Shown piece by piece: positions 1-10,840 of a stretch of 64,000 bases of DNA. The DNA lies in contig CAZUKA010000002.1 of the NCBI GenBank assembly GCA_964620905.1, forward strand, positions 191,112 through 255,111, in the 5' to 3' direction. Under the pieces are notes generated by a model. The model saw only the letters and a program-made list of their open reading frames with translations, searched no databases and was not told the origin of the DNA. The stretch is from an uncultured Gammaproteobacteria bacterium. Its GTDB lineage: Bacteria > Patescibacteriota > Patescibacteriia > S139-126. How positions within the stretch are numbered: position 1 is the first letter of the stretch; each line of letters starts with the position of its first letter. The position numbers and the translations under genes are program-made.

Positions 1-402
1 CCAAAAAAAGTAAAACATAGAAAATGGCAGCGCGGACGTATCCGTGGTAATGCTACCAGTGGTGACCGTTTACATTTTGGCGGTTATGGTTTAAAATCTT
101 TAGAGCCTAGATGGATTAGTTCACGACAAATCGAAGCCGCTAGACGAGCTATGACCAGATTTGTTCAGCGCGGTGCAAAAATTTGGATTCGTATTTTTCC
201 TGATAAACCCATAACCACTAAAGGTAATGAAATTCCGATGGGTAAAGGAAAAGGGGCGCCAGATCATTTTGTAGCAGTAGTCAAGCCAGGGACTTTGATA
301 TTTGAAATGGATGGTGTGGATGAAAAAGTAGCTCGTGAAGCAATGCGGCTGGCTGCTCACAAATTGCCTTGTAAGACAAAATTTGTGACTAAAGAATTGT
401 AA
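1..402 (+). CDS. rplP: 50S ribosomal protein L16 (5' end outside window)
   Basis: Frame 1 open from base 1: [12 protein letters not shown]...QIEAARRAM...WIRIFPDKP...MGKGKG. Confidence 0.97.
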   Translation, partial: PKKVKHRKWQRGRIRGNATSGDRLHFGGYGLKSLEPRWISSRQIEAARRAMTRFVQRGAKIWIRIFPDKPITTKGNEIPMGKGKGAPDHFVAVVKPGTLIFEMDGVDEKVAREAMRLAAHKLPCKTKFVTKEL

Positions 403-406
403 ATTT

Positions 407-658
407 ATGAAATTTAAAGAATTAAAAGAAAAAAGTCGTGCCGAATTGGAAAAGTTGTTGGCCACTGAAAGAGCACATTGGCGTGATTTACGATTTCAGG
501 TTGCAGCAGAGCAAGAAAAACAAGTACATAAACTATCAGTTAGTCGTCGTACTATTGCTAGAATTTTAACTTTATTGAAGAGTGATAAATTGGAAAATAA
601 ACCCCGGCAGCAAAAAAGTGATAGCAATTTATCCAACGAAAAAAATATTAAAGAATAA
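407..658 (+). CDS. rpmC: 50S ribosomal protein L29 with C-terminal extension
   Basis: LRFQ...RRTIARILT motif; operon position. Confidence 0.93.
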   Translation: MKFKELKEKSRAELEKLLATERAHWRDLRFQVAAEQEKQVHKLSVSRRTIARILTLLKSDKLENKPRQQKSDSNLSNEKNIKE

Positions 659-664
659 TATATT

Positions 665-940
665 ATGACTGGTAAAGAAAATAAAAAAACATCTCGTACT
701 CCTAGACGTTTTAAAGGTGTGGTGGTGTCGGCAGCTATGAATAAAACAGCGGTTGTTAAAGTTACATCAATCAAGATACATCCTAAATATCGTAAACGCT
801 ATCAAGTAATGAAAAAATATCAAGCCCACGATGAGAAAAATGAATATAAAGTAAATGAAAGCGTGGTGATAGAAGAGGTTCGTCCGATTTCCAAACTAAA
901 GAAATGGCGGGTAATTGGTAAAGTAAACGAAAAAATATGA
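665..940 (+). CDS. rpsQ: 30S ribosomal protein S17
   Basis: [14 protein letters not shown]...HPKY...AHDE...RPISKLKKW. Confidence 0.97.
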   Translation: MTGKENKKTSRTPRRFKGVVVSAAMNKTAVVKVTSIKIHPKYRKRYQVMKKYQAHDEKNEYKVNESVVIEEVRPISKLKKWRVIGKVNEKI

Positions 941-1308
941 TTCAAGTTGGTACAAGATTAAAAGTAGCCGATAATTCCGGGGCGCGGGAAGTCCAATGTA
1001 TTAGAATATTGGGTGCTTCATTCCGTCGCTATGCTGGTATTGGCGATTTAATCATTGTCGCTACTAAGGATGCACAAGCGCATTCGGCTGTAAAGAAAGG
1101 TGAAGTATTAACGGCTGTAGTGGTACGAACTAAAAATGGTATTCGTCGTCAAGACGGCTCAACTTTAAGATTTTCTGAAAATGCTGTGGTAATTATTGAT
1201 AAAAAAACCAAAGAACCAAAAGCTTCTCGTATTTTTGGTCCAGTAGCTAGAGAGTTAAGAAATAAGGGTTTTACTAAAATAGTATCTTTGGCACCGGAAG
1301 TATTATAA
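937..1308 (+). CDS. rplN: 50S ribosomal protein L14
   Basis: MIQ...VADNSGA...[11 protein letters not shown]...SLAPEVL. Confidence 0.98.
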   Translation: MIQVGTRLKVADNSGAREVQCIRILGASFRRYAGIGDLIIVATKDAQAHSAVKKGEVLTAVVVRTKNGIRRQDGSTLRFSENAVVIIDKKTKEPKASRIFGPVARELRNKGFTKIVSLAPEVL

Positions 1309-1314
1309 AAATAT

Positions 1315-1623
1315 ATGAATTTAAAAAAGAATGATAATGTAAAAATAATAGTTGGTAAAGATAAGGGTAAACAAGGTAAAATCACCCAGCTTTTTCCTAA
1401 GGAAAAAAAAGTAGTAGTTGAAGGACTTAACGTTACTAAAAAACATTTACGTCCAAGGAAAAAAGGTGAAGCTGGACAGGTAATAGAATTTTTTTCACCA
1501 TTACCAATCAATAAAGTCCAGTTAATTTGTCCTAAGTGTGGACGTCAGACTAGGATTGGTTGGCAGTTGACCAATGAAGGTGAAAAAGTAAGGTTTTGTA
1601 AAAAATGTAAAGCCAGTATATAA
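1315..1623 (+). CDS. rplX: 50S ribosomal protein L24 (with CxxC...CxxC)
   Basis: KOW motif GKDKGKQG, VVVEGLN. Confidence 0.97.
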   Translation: MNLKKNDNVKIIVGKDKGKQGKITQLFPKEKKVVVEGLNVTKKHLRPRKKGEAGQVIEFFSPLPINKVQLICPKCGRQTRIGWQLTNEGEKVRFCKKCKASI

Positions 1624-1625
1624 AT

Positions 1626-2168
1626 ATGAATCAATTACAAAAAAAATTTAATCAAACAATCAGACCGGCCTTACAAAAAGAATTGAATTTAAAAAGTATT
1701 ATGGCCGTACCGAGATTAGATAAAGTAGTTTTGAATGTTGGTGTTGGTAAAGGTTTGAAAGATGAAAAATATATTGAAGCAGTAATATCAACTTTACAGC
1801 GGATTACCGGTCAAAAACCAGTGCGCACCAAGGCTAAAAAATCAATTGCTGCTTTCAAGATTAGAGAAGGTAATACAGTGGGTTTGAAAGTGACATTACG
1901 AGGGACACGAATGTATGATTTTATAGAAAAGTTGATCAATATTAGTTTACCGCGGGTGCGTGATTTTCAAGGATTAAAAGCGAACAGTTTTGATGGTCGG
2001 GGAAATTATACTTTGGGAATTAAAGAACATATTATTTTTCCCGAAATTAAAGCTGATGAAGTTGAAAATTTGCACGGTTTAGAAATTGTCATAGTGACTA
2101 CCACAAATGACGATCAGCAAACTAAAAGCTTATTACAAGCAATTAATTTTCCTTTTAGTAAAAAATAA
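1626..2168 (+). CDS. rplE: 50S ribosomal protein L5
   Basis: ITGQKP...FKIREG...LPRVRDFQG...FDGRGNY. Confidence 0.98.
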   Translation: MNQLQKKFNQTIRPALQKELNLKSIMAVPRLDKVVLNVGVGKGLKDEKYIEAVISTLQRITGQKPVRTKAKKSIAAFKIREGNTVGLKVTLRGTRMYDFIEKLINISLPRVRDFQGLKANSFDGRGNYTLGIKEHIIFPEIKADEVENLHGLEIVIVTTTNDDQQTKSLLQAINFPFSKK

Positions 2169-2171
2169 TTT

Positions 2172-2366
2172 ATGGCTACCAAAGCACAAATTGCCAAATC
2201 AAACAGATCCGTTGTTAAACCAAAATTTTCTACACGAGTAGTGAGGCGTTGTTGGCGTTGTGGTCGAAAACGAGGTTATTTGCGTGATTTCAAAATGTGT
2301 CGAATATGTTTTCGTGAATTAGCTTCTAAAGGTGATTTACCTGGTGTGACCAAAAGTAGCTGGTAA
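2172..2366 (+). CDS. rpsN: 30S ribosomal protein S14, Zn-binding type Z
   Basis: RCWRCGR...CRICFRELA...PGVTKSSW. Confidence 0.97.
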   Translation: MATKAQIAKSNRSVVKPKFSTRVVRRCWRCGRKRGYLRDFKMCRICFRELASKGDLPGVTKSSW

Positions 2367-2396
2367 TAATTAATCTATAAATTAAAGTAATTTCAT

Positions 2397-2783
2397 ATGA
2401 CCGATCCTATTGCCGATATGCTTACAAGAATAAGAAATGCCTTGCGTGTGCATAAAACGGAAGTGAGTATACCCTATTCTAAATTGAAAGTAAAAATAGC
2501 AGACATTTTGCAACGCGAAGGTTATATTAATAGTTTTAGTGAACAACCGCAAAATCGGTTGATTAAATTACAGTTGAAATATTTATCCAACGGTCAACCG
2601 GTTATCAGTGTTTTAAAAAGAATTTCCACACCTGGTCGAAGAGTGTATTGTCGAGCGGATAAATTACCTCGAGTTTTAAATAATCTCGGTATTGCAATTT
2701 TATCAACACCCCAAGGTATGATGACTGCCGCTGATGCTAAACAGAAAAAAGTGGGTGGAGAAATAATTTGTGAAATTTATTAA
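2397..2783 (+). CDS. rpsH: 30S ribosomal protein S8
   Basis: MTDPIADMLTRIRNA...STPGRRVY...GGEIIC. Confidence 0.98.
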   Translation: MTDPIADMLTRIRNALRVHKTEVSIPYSKLKVKIADILQREGYINSFSEQPQNRLIKLQLKYLSNGQPVISVLKRISTPGRRVYCRADKLPRVLNNLGIAILSTPQGMMTAADAKQKKVGGEIICEIY

Positions 2784-2785
2784 TT

Positions 2786-3331
2786 ATGAGCAGATTAGCC
2801 AAAAAACCAATTACTTTACCAACCGGAGTCAGTTTTACAATTGACGAAGGTTTTTATGTGATTCGTGGTTCTCAAGGGGAAATAAAAAAGCCGATTTTAC
2901 CCAGAGTAAAAGCGGACATCAAGGATGACAAATTATTTTTAAGTGTACCTGATCTAGAACGAAGTGAGGATAGAGCATATTTGGGTACAGCCGTTCGGGT
3001 GATTTCCAATATGATTGTTGGTGTTACCAAAGGTTATAGTAAACAATTGGAGATAAACGGAGTTGGTTATAAAGCGGAAATGAGAGGGAAAAATCTAGTT
3101 TTATCTGTGGGTTATTCTCATCCGGTTGAATTTAAAGAAGTTCCGGGGGTTAGTTTACAGGTAGAAAAAAATATTATCACTGTAGCTGGTATTGATAAAG
3201 TGTTAGTGGGTCAGGTGGCAGCTAATATTAGAAAAATTAGAAAACCCGAACCATATAAGGGAAAGGGTATAAAATATATCGACGAAGTTATTATCCGTAA
3301 AGAGGGCAAACAGGTAAAGGCCCAAGCCTAA
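2786..3331 (+). CDS. rplF: 50S ribosomal protein L6
   Basis: GVGYKA...GYSHPV...[13 protein letters not shown]. Confidence 0.98.
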   Translation: MSRLAKKPITLPTGVSFTIDEGFYVIRGSQGEIKKPILPRVKADIKDDKLFLSVPDLERSEDRAYLGTAVRVISNMIVGVTKGYSKQLEINGVGYKAEMRGKNLVLSVGYSHPVEFKEVPGVSLQVEKNIITVAGIDKVLVGQVAANIRKIRKPEPYKGKGIKYIDEVIIRKEGKQVKAQA

Positions 3332-3341
3332 TTTGAAAAAT

Positions 3342-3680
3342 ATGTTAAAGAAACAATTATCAAGATTACATCGCCACAATCGAGTTAGAGCAAAAGTTAA
3401 AGGTACCACTAAACGTCCTCGTTTAGTTGTTTTTCGAAGTTTGCAACACATAGAAGTCCAACTGATTGATGATTCTAAAGGTATGACTTTAGCTAGTAGT
3501 CACGATCGGAAATTGAAAGGTAATAAAACTACCCGAGCCGAAATGGTTGGTAGTGAAATTGCTAAACTGGCGCAAAATAAAAAAATAAAAACCGTGATTT
3601 TTGATCGCAATGGTTATAAATATCACGGTCGAGTTAAAGCTTTGGCAGAGGCGGCCAGGGCAGGGGGATTAATTTTTTAA
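3342..3680 (+). CDS. rplR: 50S ribosomal protein L18
   Basis: RPRLVVFRS...[20 protein letters not shown]; ATG at 3342 preferred over TTG 3333. Confidence 0.97.
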   Translation: MLKKQLSRLHRHNRVRAKVKGTTKRPRLVVFRSLQHIEVQLIDDSKGMTLASSHDRKLKGNKTTRAEMVGSEIAKLAQNKKIKTVIFDRNGYKYHGRVKALAEAARAGGLIF

Positions 3681-3683
3681 AAT

Positions 3684-4202
3684 ATGGTAAAGAAAATGAT
3701 ACAATCAAAAGGTAAAGAAAATATGGAAGTGATTAAACCAGTAGAAGAGTTTGAACAAAAGATAATTGATTTAGCCAGAGTAACCAGAGTGATGGCCGGT
3801 GGCAAAAGAATGCGTTTTCGCGCTTGTGTAGTTATTGGCAATAAACGTGGTCAGATTGGTTATGCTATTGCTAAAGGAGCGGATGTTACTTTAGCGGTCA
3901 ATAAAGCTGTAACCAAAGCCAAAAAGAATTTATTGTCAGTTGTTATTTATCGTGACACTATTCCTCATGAAATTAGAGCCAAATACAAAGCTGCCAGTGT
4001 TATTATTAAGCCAGCACCATTGGGTACTGGAGTGAAAGCTGGTGGAGCAGTGCGAGAAGTTTTGGCAGTGTCTGGTATCCCCAACATTGTAGCTAAGATA
4101 CTGGGTTCCAATAATAAAATTAATAATGTCAAAGTTACATTTTTAGCTTTGCAAAAATTACAAGTTCAGTCTGGGAATCGTCAGTTAAAAGAAAAAGAAT
4201 AA
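3684..4202 (+). CDS. rpsE: 30S ribosomal protein S5
   Basis: RVTRVMAGGKRMRFRA...PAPLGTGVKAGG. Confidence 0.97.
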   Translation: MVKKMIQSKGKENMEVIKPVEEFEQKIIDLARVTRVMAGGKRMRFRACVVIGNKRGQIGYAIAKGADVTLAVNKAVTKAKKNLLSVVIYRDTIPHEIRAKYKAASVIIKPAPLGTGVKAGGAVREVLAVSGIPNIVAKILGSNNKINNVKVTFLALQKLQVQSGNRQLKEKE

Positions 4203-4205
4203 ATT

Positions 4206-4664
4206 ATGCTTACTTTACATAATCTTAAAAAAACTAGGGTAAAAAAAATAAAACGTTTAGGTCGGGGTAATGCCAGTCGAGGAAATTATTCCGGTCGTGG
4301 TATGAAAGGACAGAAGTCAAGAAGTGGTGTAGGTGGATTGAAACGTATGGGAGTTAAAGCTTGGTTGATGAAAGTGCCTAAAAAACGTGGTTTTTCCAGT
4401 CCAATAAAACCAAAAGCCAATGTGACGCTTGAGCAATTAGATAAGGCATTTTCCAGTGGTGAAAAGGTTGATATTTTTCGGTTGCGAGAAAGAGGATTGA
4501 TTGACAATCATAAGCAAGGAGTAAAAGTAATTGCTACCGGTAAAATCACTAAACCTTTAACGATTAAAGTTCACGCTTTGAGTGCTAAGGCCAAAGCAGC
4601 AATAGAACAAGCTGGTGGTCAAGTAGAATTGATAGGAAAAACAGGGGAGAAAAAAAATAAATAA
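4206..4664 (+). CDS. rplO: 50S ribosomal protein L15
   Basis: RLGRG...[13 protein letters not shown]...PKKRGF; follows rpsE directly (no rpmD). Confidence 0.97.
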   Translation: MLTLHNLKKTRVKKIKRLGRGNASRGNYSGRGMKGQKSRSGVGGLKRMGVKAWLMKVPKKRGFSSPIKPKANVTLEQLDKAFSSGEKVDIFRLRERGLIDNHKQGVKVIATGKITKPLTIKVHALSAKAKAAIEQAGGQVELIGKTGEKKNK

Positions 4665-4666
4665 TT

Positions 4667-5959
4667 ATGACTTGGTATCAAAAAATTCAACGTGTTTGGC
4701 GGACAAAAGAAATTAGGAATGACATTTTGTTTGTATTATTGATCCTGGTAATTTTTAGGGTTGGTGCTCATATACCAATTCCAGGTATTGATGTTGGTAA
4801 TCTACGTAATTTTTTTGCCTCCAATCAAATATTGGGACTTTTAAATCTTTTTTCTGGTGGAGGTTTAGAAAATTTTTCTATTATGATGTTGGGTGTAGGT
4901 CCTTATATTACTGCTTCCATTATTTTTCAACTTTTGGTAATGATTGTTCCCAAATTTGAAGAATTATCAAAGGAAGGTGAGTCAGGTCAAAGAAAAATAA
5001 ATCAATATACTCGCTGGGCTACCATACCACTCGCGATTTTACAAGGTTATGGTTTTATTACTCTCATGCAGAGACAAGGTACTGGCGGGGGTGTAAGTTT
5101 GTTAGGTGAATTGACAGTTTTTCAATATGTTACAGCAATCTTAACCGTTACCGCTGGAACAATGCTTTTGACTTGGTTGGGTGATTTGATTTCCGAGCGC
5201 CATATTGGCAATGGTGTGTCGTTGTTGATTTTTGCTGGTATAGTAGCTGGATTACCAACAGCCCTGCAGCAAGTTTTATTAGCTTATGATATTACTCAAC
5301 TAACAACCATTATTTTATTTGCCGCTATTTCCTTAGTAACAGTGGTGGGAGTTGTATTTATTACCGAAGGGCAAAGAAATATACCGGTAACCTATGCAAG
5401 GCGAGTAGTTGGTATGAAGCAGTATGGTGGTACTAACACTCATTTACCGTTGCGAGTAAATCAGGGTGGTGTTATTCCTATTATTTTTGCTATTTCGGTT
5501 ATAATATTTCCTTCAATGATTGCTCAATTTTTTGTACAGGCCAAGAGTGTTTGGCTTGCAAATGGTGCCAACTATATCATCCAATTATTTAACAATCAGG
5601 TTTTTTATGGTATTTTTTATTTCATTTTAGTTGTGGCTTTCACTTATTTTTATTCGGCAGTGGTTTTCAAACCTGATCAGGTTGCTGAAAATTTACAAAA
5701 GCAGGGGGGGTTTATTCCAGGTATCAGACCAGGACGTCCAACATCAGATTATTTACAAGCCACAGTTAGTCGTATCAATTTAACTGGCTCAATGTTTTTG
5801 GGAATAATTGCTGTTTTACCTTTAATTTTGCAAGCTTATACCGGTATGAGTACCCTGGTAATTGGTGGTACTTCATTGTTAATCGTTGTTTCGGTAGTTT
5901 TGGAATCAGTCAAAAAGGTAGTAGCACAGTTGGAAATGCACGATTATGACGCCTATTGA
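4667..5959 (+). CDS. secY: Preprotein translocase subunit SecY
   Basis: [37 protein letters not shown]; ten hydrophobic segments. Confidence 0.98.
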   Translation: MTWYQKIQRVWRTKEIRNDILFVLLILVIFRVGAHIPIPGIDVGNLRNFFASNQILGLLNLFSGGGLENFSIMMLGVGPYITASIIFQLLVMIVPKFEELSKEGESGQRKINQYTRWATIPLAILQGYGFITLMQRQGTGGGVSLLGELTVFQYVTAILTVTAGTMLLTWLGDLISERHIGNGVSLLIFAGIVAGLPTALQQVLLAYDITQLTTIILFAAISLVTVVGVVFITEGQRNIPVTYARRVVGMKQYGGTNTHLPLRVNQGGVIPIIFAISVIIFPSMIAQFFVQAKSVWLANGANYIIQLFNNQVFYGIFYFILVVAFTYFYSAVVFKPDQVAENLQKQGGFIPGIRPGRPTSDYLQATVSRINLTGSMFLGIIAVLPLILQAYTGMSTLVIGGTSLLIVVSVVLESVKKVVAQLEMHDYDAY

Positions 5960-5975
5960 TGATTACTTTTGTTTT

Positions 5976-6010
5976 CCGCTCCGATAAAATTGTCTCCGGA
6001 GCGGTTTTTT
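5976..6010 (+). terminator. Intrinsic terminator after secY
   Basis: CCGCTCCG...CGGAGCGG stem followed by T6. Confidence 0.75.
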
Positions 6011-6055
6011 ATTTTTCTTAAAATCGTATACAATATAACTGTTAATTTGTTTTTT

Positions 6056-6691
6056 ATGTATAATATAGTCATTATAGGTCCACAGGGTTCAGGTAAAGGC
6101 ACGCAAGCTGCTCTAATTGCTGATAAATATCATTTAGTCAATATTTCTACGGGTGTGATGTTTAGGGAGGCGATAAAAAATCAGACCGAATTAGGATTGG
6201 CAGTAAAAACAATTATTGATCGGGGAGATTTGGTACCCGATGATTTAACCAATGAATTAGTCTTAGCTAGATTGAGTAAAAATGATTGTCAAAATGGTTT
6301 TATTTTGGATGGTTATCCTAGAAATTTGTTGCAAGCTGAATATTTATTGTCACATCAGTCAATTACTCATGTTTTGGAAATTTGGATTTCTGATGAAGAA
6401 GCGGTTAAAAGAATTTCCGGTCGTTGGATGTGTGTTTGCGGTGCCACTTACCATATTCAGTATAATCCACCTCAACAAAAAAACATTTGTGATCGTTGTG
6501 GCCAAAAATTATTTCAACGTGATGACGATGTCGCCGAAGCAGTAAAACAACGTCTTAAACTCTATCATCAAGAAACAGAGTCAATTATAAGCTTTTTTCA
6601 TAATAAAGGTTTACATTATCGCATAAATGGTGAGCAAATTATTCCTGACGTAGCTCGTGATGTATATGTGATTTTGGATAAAAAACAATGA
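6056..6691 (+). CDS. adk: Adenylate kinase (Zn-lid type)
   Basis: GPQGSGKGTQA P-loop, GFILDGYPR, Cys-containing lid, QRDDD; ATG at 6056. Confidence 0.95.
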   Translation: MYNIVIIGPQGSGKGTQAALIADKYHLVNISTGVMFREAIKNQTELGLAVKTIIDRGDLVPDDLTNELVLARLSKNDCQNGFILDGYPRNLLQAEYLLSHQSITHVLEIWISDEEAVKRISGRWMCVCGATYHIQYNPPQQKNICDRCGQKLFQRDDDVAEAVKQRLKLYHQETESIISFFHNKGLHYRINGEQIIPDVARDVYVILDKKQ

Positions 6692-7437
6692 TAATTTCCA
6701 GTGAAAAAGATTTAATAAAATTAAAGGCGGGAGGGAAAATTTTGTCCGCTGTTTTACAAACTGTGAGTGGATCAGCCAGAATAGGTGTCAGTACCTGTGA
6801 ACTTGATGAATTAGCCAGTAAAACTATCAAACAATTAGGAGCTCGTCCGTCTTTTTTAGATTACCAAGGTTATCCAGCAACTTTGTGCACTTCGGTTAAT
6901 GAACAATTAGTTCATGGTTTACCAGGTAATTATAAATTAAAAAATGGTGATATTTTGGGTATTGATTGTGGTATCTGGTATGAGGGTTTTTGTACTGACA
7001 TGGCCTTGACTATTGGTATTGGTAATATCTCTCAAGAGGATAAAAAACTAATTAATATTACCAAAGAATCTTTACAGGTAGGATTAAATCAAGTTAAGGC
7101 GGGAAAAAAGGTTGGAGATTATGGTGCAGCAGTACAAAATTATGTTGAAAAAAATGGTTTCGCTGTGATTCGCGGTTTAGTCGGACACGGCGTAGGATTA
7201 GAAGTACACGAAGAACCACGTATTCCAAATTTTGGTCGTGCCAATGAGGGTAAATTGTTTACCAAAGGTATGGTACTGGCATTAGAGCCAATGGTGGCAT
7301 TAGGTTCGTATCAAGTGGAGACTTTGAGTGATGGTTGGACAATAGTAATGACCGATGGTAGCAATTCAGCACATTTTGAATTGACTGTGATGGTTACAAA
7401 TAATGGTTATGAATTAATTACCCCGCTCATTTGGTAG
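6688..7437 (+). CDS. map: Methionine aminopeptidase type I
   Basis: SVNEQLVHGLP, DMA, GHGVG..VHEEP, EPM, SAHFE. Confidence 0.96.
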   Translation: MIISSEKDLIKLKAGGKILSAVLQTVSGSARIGVSTCELDELASKTIKQLGARPSFLDYQGYPATLCTSVNEQLVHGLPGNYKLKNGDILGIDCGIWYEGFCTDMALTIGIGNISQEDKKLINITKESLQVGLNQVKAGKKVGDYGAAVQNYVEKNGFAVIRGLVGHGVGLEVHEEPRIPNFGRANEGKLFTKGMVLALEPMVALGSYQVETLSDGWTIVMTDGSNSAHFELTVMVTNNGYELITPLIW

Positions 7438-7453
7438 TTATTAATCTTAGCAA

Positions 7454-7840
7454 ATGAAAATACTTGGTATTGATTATGGTGATAAAAAAATAGGTTTGAG
7501 TTTATCGGCTGATAAACTTGCCTTACCTTGGCAAACTTTAAAAAATTTTACTTCACCAATTCAAGCTATCGATCAAATTGTACAAATTATTTTTCAAGAA
7601 AAGATTGATGCTGTAGTGGTTGGTTGGCCGTTGTCTTTATCGGGTAAATTTTCTTCTCAAACCAGAGTTGTAGAAGATTTTATAGATAAATTGAAACAAA
7701 AAATAACTATACCGCTTGCGGTGGTTGATGAAAGATTTTCTAGTCAACTAGCCCAAGCACAAGCCGTTGGTAAAAATGATGACGCCCAGGCAGCGGCTAA
7801 TATTTTACAAAGTTATTTAGATCAACAAAGCAATCAATAA
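7454..7840 (+). CDS. ruvX: YqgF/RuvX family nuclease
   Basis: MKILGIDYGDKKIGLS, VVGWP, DERFSS, DAQAAANILQ. Confidence 0.92.
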   Translation: MKILGIDYGDKKIGLSLSADKLALPWQTLKNFTSPIQAIDQIVQIIFQEKIDAVVVGWPLSLSGKFSSQTRVVEDFIDKLKQKITIPLAVVDERFSSQLAQAQAVGKNDDAQAAANILQSYLDQQSNQ

Positions 7841-7841
7841 T

Positions 7842-8930
7842 ATGTTCAAAGGTACTATTTGGTTTTACATTTTCCCTTTTATTTTTTCTTTGCTGTTAGT
7901 GCAACCTCTGACTTTATTTGTTTATCGATTAGCTAAAAAATTTAGAATTTTAGATCAGCCAGACAGTAATCGTAAATTACATCAACGCGCTGTGCCTTTA
8001 CTTGGCGGAGTGGCTCTAGGAGTAGGGTTTATTTTTTGTGTTTTTTTATTTATATTTTTGGATTTTTTTGCAGATGGTCGTTTATTAGGAAATCATATTT
8101 ATGCTTTATTGGTAGCAAGTTTTTTGCTAATCTTAGGAGGAATTTTAGATGATAAATTTCAGCTTTCTCCTGGCCGGCAATTTATTTGGCCTTTAGCAGC
8201 AGTAGTAGTGGTTTTATTGGCTGGCATTCAGATACACTATATAACTAATCCTTTGGGTGGTATTTTGTATTTTGACACCTGGCAAGTATTTTTAGGAAAA
8301 TATACTTTATTGCCCCTACCAATAATTTTTTCATTTTTTTGGTTGTTGGGTATGATTTACACCACAAAATTTTTAGATGGACTTGATGGTTTGGTTTCCG
8401 GAATGACTTTTTTGGGTGCCTTTTTTATATTCTTAGTATCTTTGGTTTGGGATGTTCCTTACTCGGGCACATCGGTGTTGGCGTTGCTGGTAGCAGGATT
8501 GATGTTTGGTTTTTTATTTTGGAATTTTTATCCAGCCAAAATTTTTTTAGGTGAATCAGGTTCTACTTTAGCAGGTTTATGGCTTGGGGTACTGGCAATC
8601 ATTTCTGGTGGAAAAATTGCCACCGCCTTGCTGGTGATGGGATTACCAATTTTAGATGTTGTGTGGGTAATTTTACGTCGTTTATTTTGGGAAAAAAGAT
8701 CACCCACTGCTGGAGATCGAAAACATTTACATTTTCGTTTGTTGTCAGCCGGTTTTTCTCATCGTCAAGCTGTTTTATTTTTATATTTGATTGCTGTATT
8801 GTTTGGCTCAGTGGCTTTATTGCAAAATTCCAAAGGTAAGTTGTGGTTGCTATTGGCTTTGCTAGTTATTATGTTTTTGATTGCTTCAGTTTTATTTTTA
8901 ATTTATAAAAAAAATAATGTTAAAAAATAA
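7842..8930 (+). CDS. MraY/WecA/TagO family polyprenyl-phosphate sugar-1-P transferase
   Basis: GILDDK, FLDGLDGL, NFYPAKIFLGESG, DRKHLHFRL; multiple TM. Confidence 0.9.
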   Translation: MFKGTIWFYIFPFIFSLLLVQPLTLFVYRLAKKFRILDQPDSNRKLHQRAVPLLGGVALGVGFIFCVFLFIFLDFFADGRLLGNHIYALLVASFLLILGGILDDKFQLSPGRQFIWPLAAVVVVLLAGIQIHYITNPLGGILYFDTWQVFLGKYTLLPLPIIFSFFWLLGMIYTTKFLDGLDGLVSGMTFLGAFFIFLVSLVWDVPYSGTSVLALLVAGLMFGFLFWNFYPAKIFLGESGSTLAGLWLGVLAIISGGKIATALLVMGLPILDVVWVILRRLFWEKRSPTAGDRKHLHFRLLSAGFSHRQAVLFLYLIAVLFGSVALLQNSKGKLWLLLALLVIMFLIASVLFLIYKKNNVKK

Positions 8931-9387
8931 ACTAATTTTTATAATTTTAATTTTATTTTTTTTAACTGGTTGTAAGCAAACAGCATCTACTTTATCGAAT
9001 CAAAAGATACTAGATAACCAACCAAAACAAATTTCCTCAGTGCTTATTAACGGTGAGGTTTTTCAAGTAGAGCTAGCCACCACCAAAGAACAACAAATCA
9101 AAGGTTTAGCCGGCAGAGAAAATATAGCCAATAATTTTGGGATGTTATTTGTATATGATGATTATATTTTACCTGGTTTTTGGATGAAAGATATGTTATT
9201 TCCTTTGGATATTATTTGGTTAAGAGATAATATAATAATTGGTTGGGAAACAGCTGCAGTTTATTTAACCAATGATCCTTTGTCCATTTATTACCCCCCA
9301 ACGCCAATAAATAATGTGTTGGAAGTACCAGCCGGTACAGCTGTTAGATTGGAGTTGAAAGTTGGTCAAAAGGTAACCTACCAATAA
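8917..9387 (+). CDS. DUF192 family lipoprotein
   Basis: Lipobox LTGC; VELA...GL...GMLF...FWMKDMLFPLDIIW...VLEVPAG. Confidence 0.85.
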   Translation: MLKNKLIFIILILFFLTGCKQTASTLSNQKILDNQPKQISSVLINGEVFQVELATTKEQQIKGLAGRENIANNFGMLFVYDDYILPGFWMKDMLFPLDIIWLRDNIIIGWETAAVYLTNDPLSIYYPPTPINNVLEVPAGTAVRLELKVGQKVTYQ

Positions 9388-9390
9388 GTG

Positions 9391-9419
9391 TTGACTATAA
9401 AGGTAAATTGGTATAGAAT
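9391..9419 (+). promoter_or_regulatory. Sigma70 promoter of rplU
   Basis: TTGACT-17-TAGAAT. Confidence 0.65.
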
Positions 9420-9449
9420 ATTTATACTAATAAAATAATATAGGAATTT

Positions 9450-9764
9450 ATGAATTTAGCTGTAATTAAGACTGGCGGTAAACAATATGTTGTGACCCCA
9501 GATAAAAAACTCAAGGTAGAAAAGTTAGATATAGCTAATGGACAAGCGTTTGATTTTTCCGAGGTTTTATTGCTAGCTGATAGTAAGAGTATTAAATTAG
9601 GCGAGCCATTTTTAAAAAATGTTAAAGTTAAAGCGTCGGTGATAGCACAGGGAAAAGCAGATAAAGTTATTGGACATCATTACAAGCCAAAAACTAGAAA
9701 CAAGAAAAAGTTTGGTCACCGACAACCGTTTACTGAAGTAAAAATTGAAAAAATTGATTTTTAA
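9450..9764 (+). CDS. rplU: 50S ribosomal protein L21
   Basis: AVIKTGGKQY...GHRQPFT. Confidence 0.96.
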   Translation: MNLAVIKTGGKQYVVTPDKKLKVEKLDIANGQAFDFSEVLLLADSKSIKLGEPFLKNVKVKASVIAQGKADKVIGHHYKPKTRNKKKFGHRQPFTEVKIEKIDF

Positions 9765-9780
9765 TTAGAATAAATTTAAC

Positions 9781-9811
9781 AAATCAGCCCCTGTAAGAAT
9801 GGGGCTGATTT
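9781..9811. terminator. Bidirectional terminator between rplU and recR
   Basis: AAATCAGCCCC-9nt-GGGGCTGATTT. Confidence 0.8.
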
Positions 9812-9866
9812 TATTGAAAATAAATTTAGTCAGGCCAACTAAGTTAATTAATTTGGTTAAACCGTT

Positions 9867-10475
9867 TTATTTTATTTGTTGTCTGTTTGCCAATGCCTCG
9901 CTTAGAGTAACATCATCAGCATATTCTAGATCTGCACCCATCGGCAAACCTCGAGCCAATTTAGTCAAAGGGATATTTAGTGAGGAAAGAATTTTTTTTA
10001 AATACAGAGCAGTTGTTTCCCCACTCATGTCAGGGTTGAAGGCCAGAATAATTTCTTTAAATTTTGGTTTAGCATCTTTTATTCTGGTTAGTAGTTGGGG
10101 AATTTTTATTTCTTCAGGTCCCATATTTTGCCATGGTTCTAAACAACCATCTAAAATAAAATATAAACCTTGAAAATGGTTAGTTTTTTCAATAGCTCTT
10201 AAATCAGTGTTACTACTGACTACACACAGTAAGGTATTATCACGTTCAGGCTGACGGCAAATTTCGCATAAATCTGTAGCTGAAAAATTTCGGCAAGATT
10301 GACAACGAGTTAGTTCGGAACCTAGTTTAGCCAGGTCTTTACTTAATTCTTGAAGTAGATTTTTTGGTTGTTGAAGTAAATATAAAACAATTCGTTCGGC
10401 GGTTTTAGGACCAAGCGAAGGGAAATGAGCAATTGTATCAATCACTTTTTGGATTAGGGCAGGATAACCATTCAT
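9867..10475 (-). CDS. recR: Recombination protein RecR
   Basis: GPKTAER HhH, C4 zinc finger, TOPRIM (GETTALY), GLPMGADLEYAD. Confidence 0.96.
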   Translation of the reverse strand: MNGYPALIQKVIDTIAHFPSLGPKTAERIVLYLLQQPKNLLQELSKDLAKLGSELTRCQSCRNFSATDLCEICRQPERDNTLLCVVSSNTDLRAIEKTNHFQGLYFILDGCLEPWQNMGPEEIKIPQLLTRIKDAKPKFKEIILAFNPDMSGETTALYLKKILSSLNIPLTKLARGLPMGADLEYADDVTLSEALANRQQIK

Positions 10476-10478
10476 AGT

Positions 10479-10775
10479 TTATTTTAAGTTGGGCAAGGAG
10501 TAACCAGAGTCTTTAATTTTTTTAGCCATGACGCGGTGAATTTTTTTGATTAATTCCTCGTGGGCTTTTATAATATTTTTTTCCAATTCGTCTTTTTTAT
10601 TTTTGTCTAATAGTTCCGGATCAATTTGACAAGAAGTTAGGTTTTGATTGCCATCCATCTTCAATTTAACACCACCATAGCTAACCTCTTCGCTTTCTTG
10701 ACCAAGGGTTTTTTGCATCTCTTTAGCTTGAGTGCGTAATTCTTTGATTTGATTTAATTTGGAAAACATTGACAT
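10479..10775 (-). CDS. ybaB: YbaB/EbfC nucleoid-associated protein
   Basis: QAKEMQ...GGVKLKMDGNQ...IDPELL; adjacent to recR. Confidence 0.85.
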   Translation of the reverse strand: MSMFSKLNQIKELRTQAKEMQKTLGQESEEVSYGGVKLKMDGNQNLTSCQIDPELLDKNKKDELEKNIIKAHEELIKKIHRVMAKKIKDSGYSLPNLK

Positions 10776-10840
10776 AAGTTTTTAGAATTATGAATTAAGA
10801 ATTACTAATTATAAGATAATAAATCGCAATTCATAATTCA

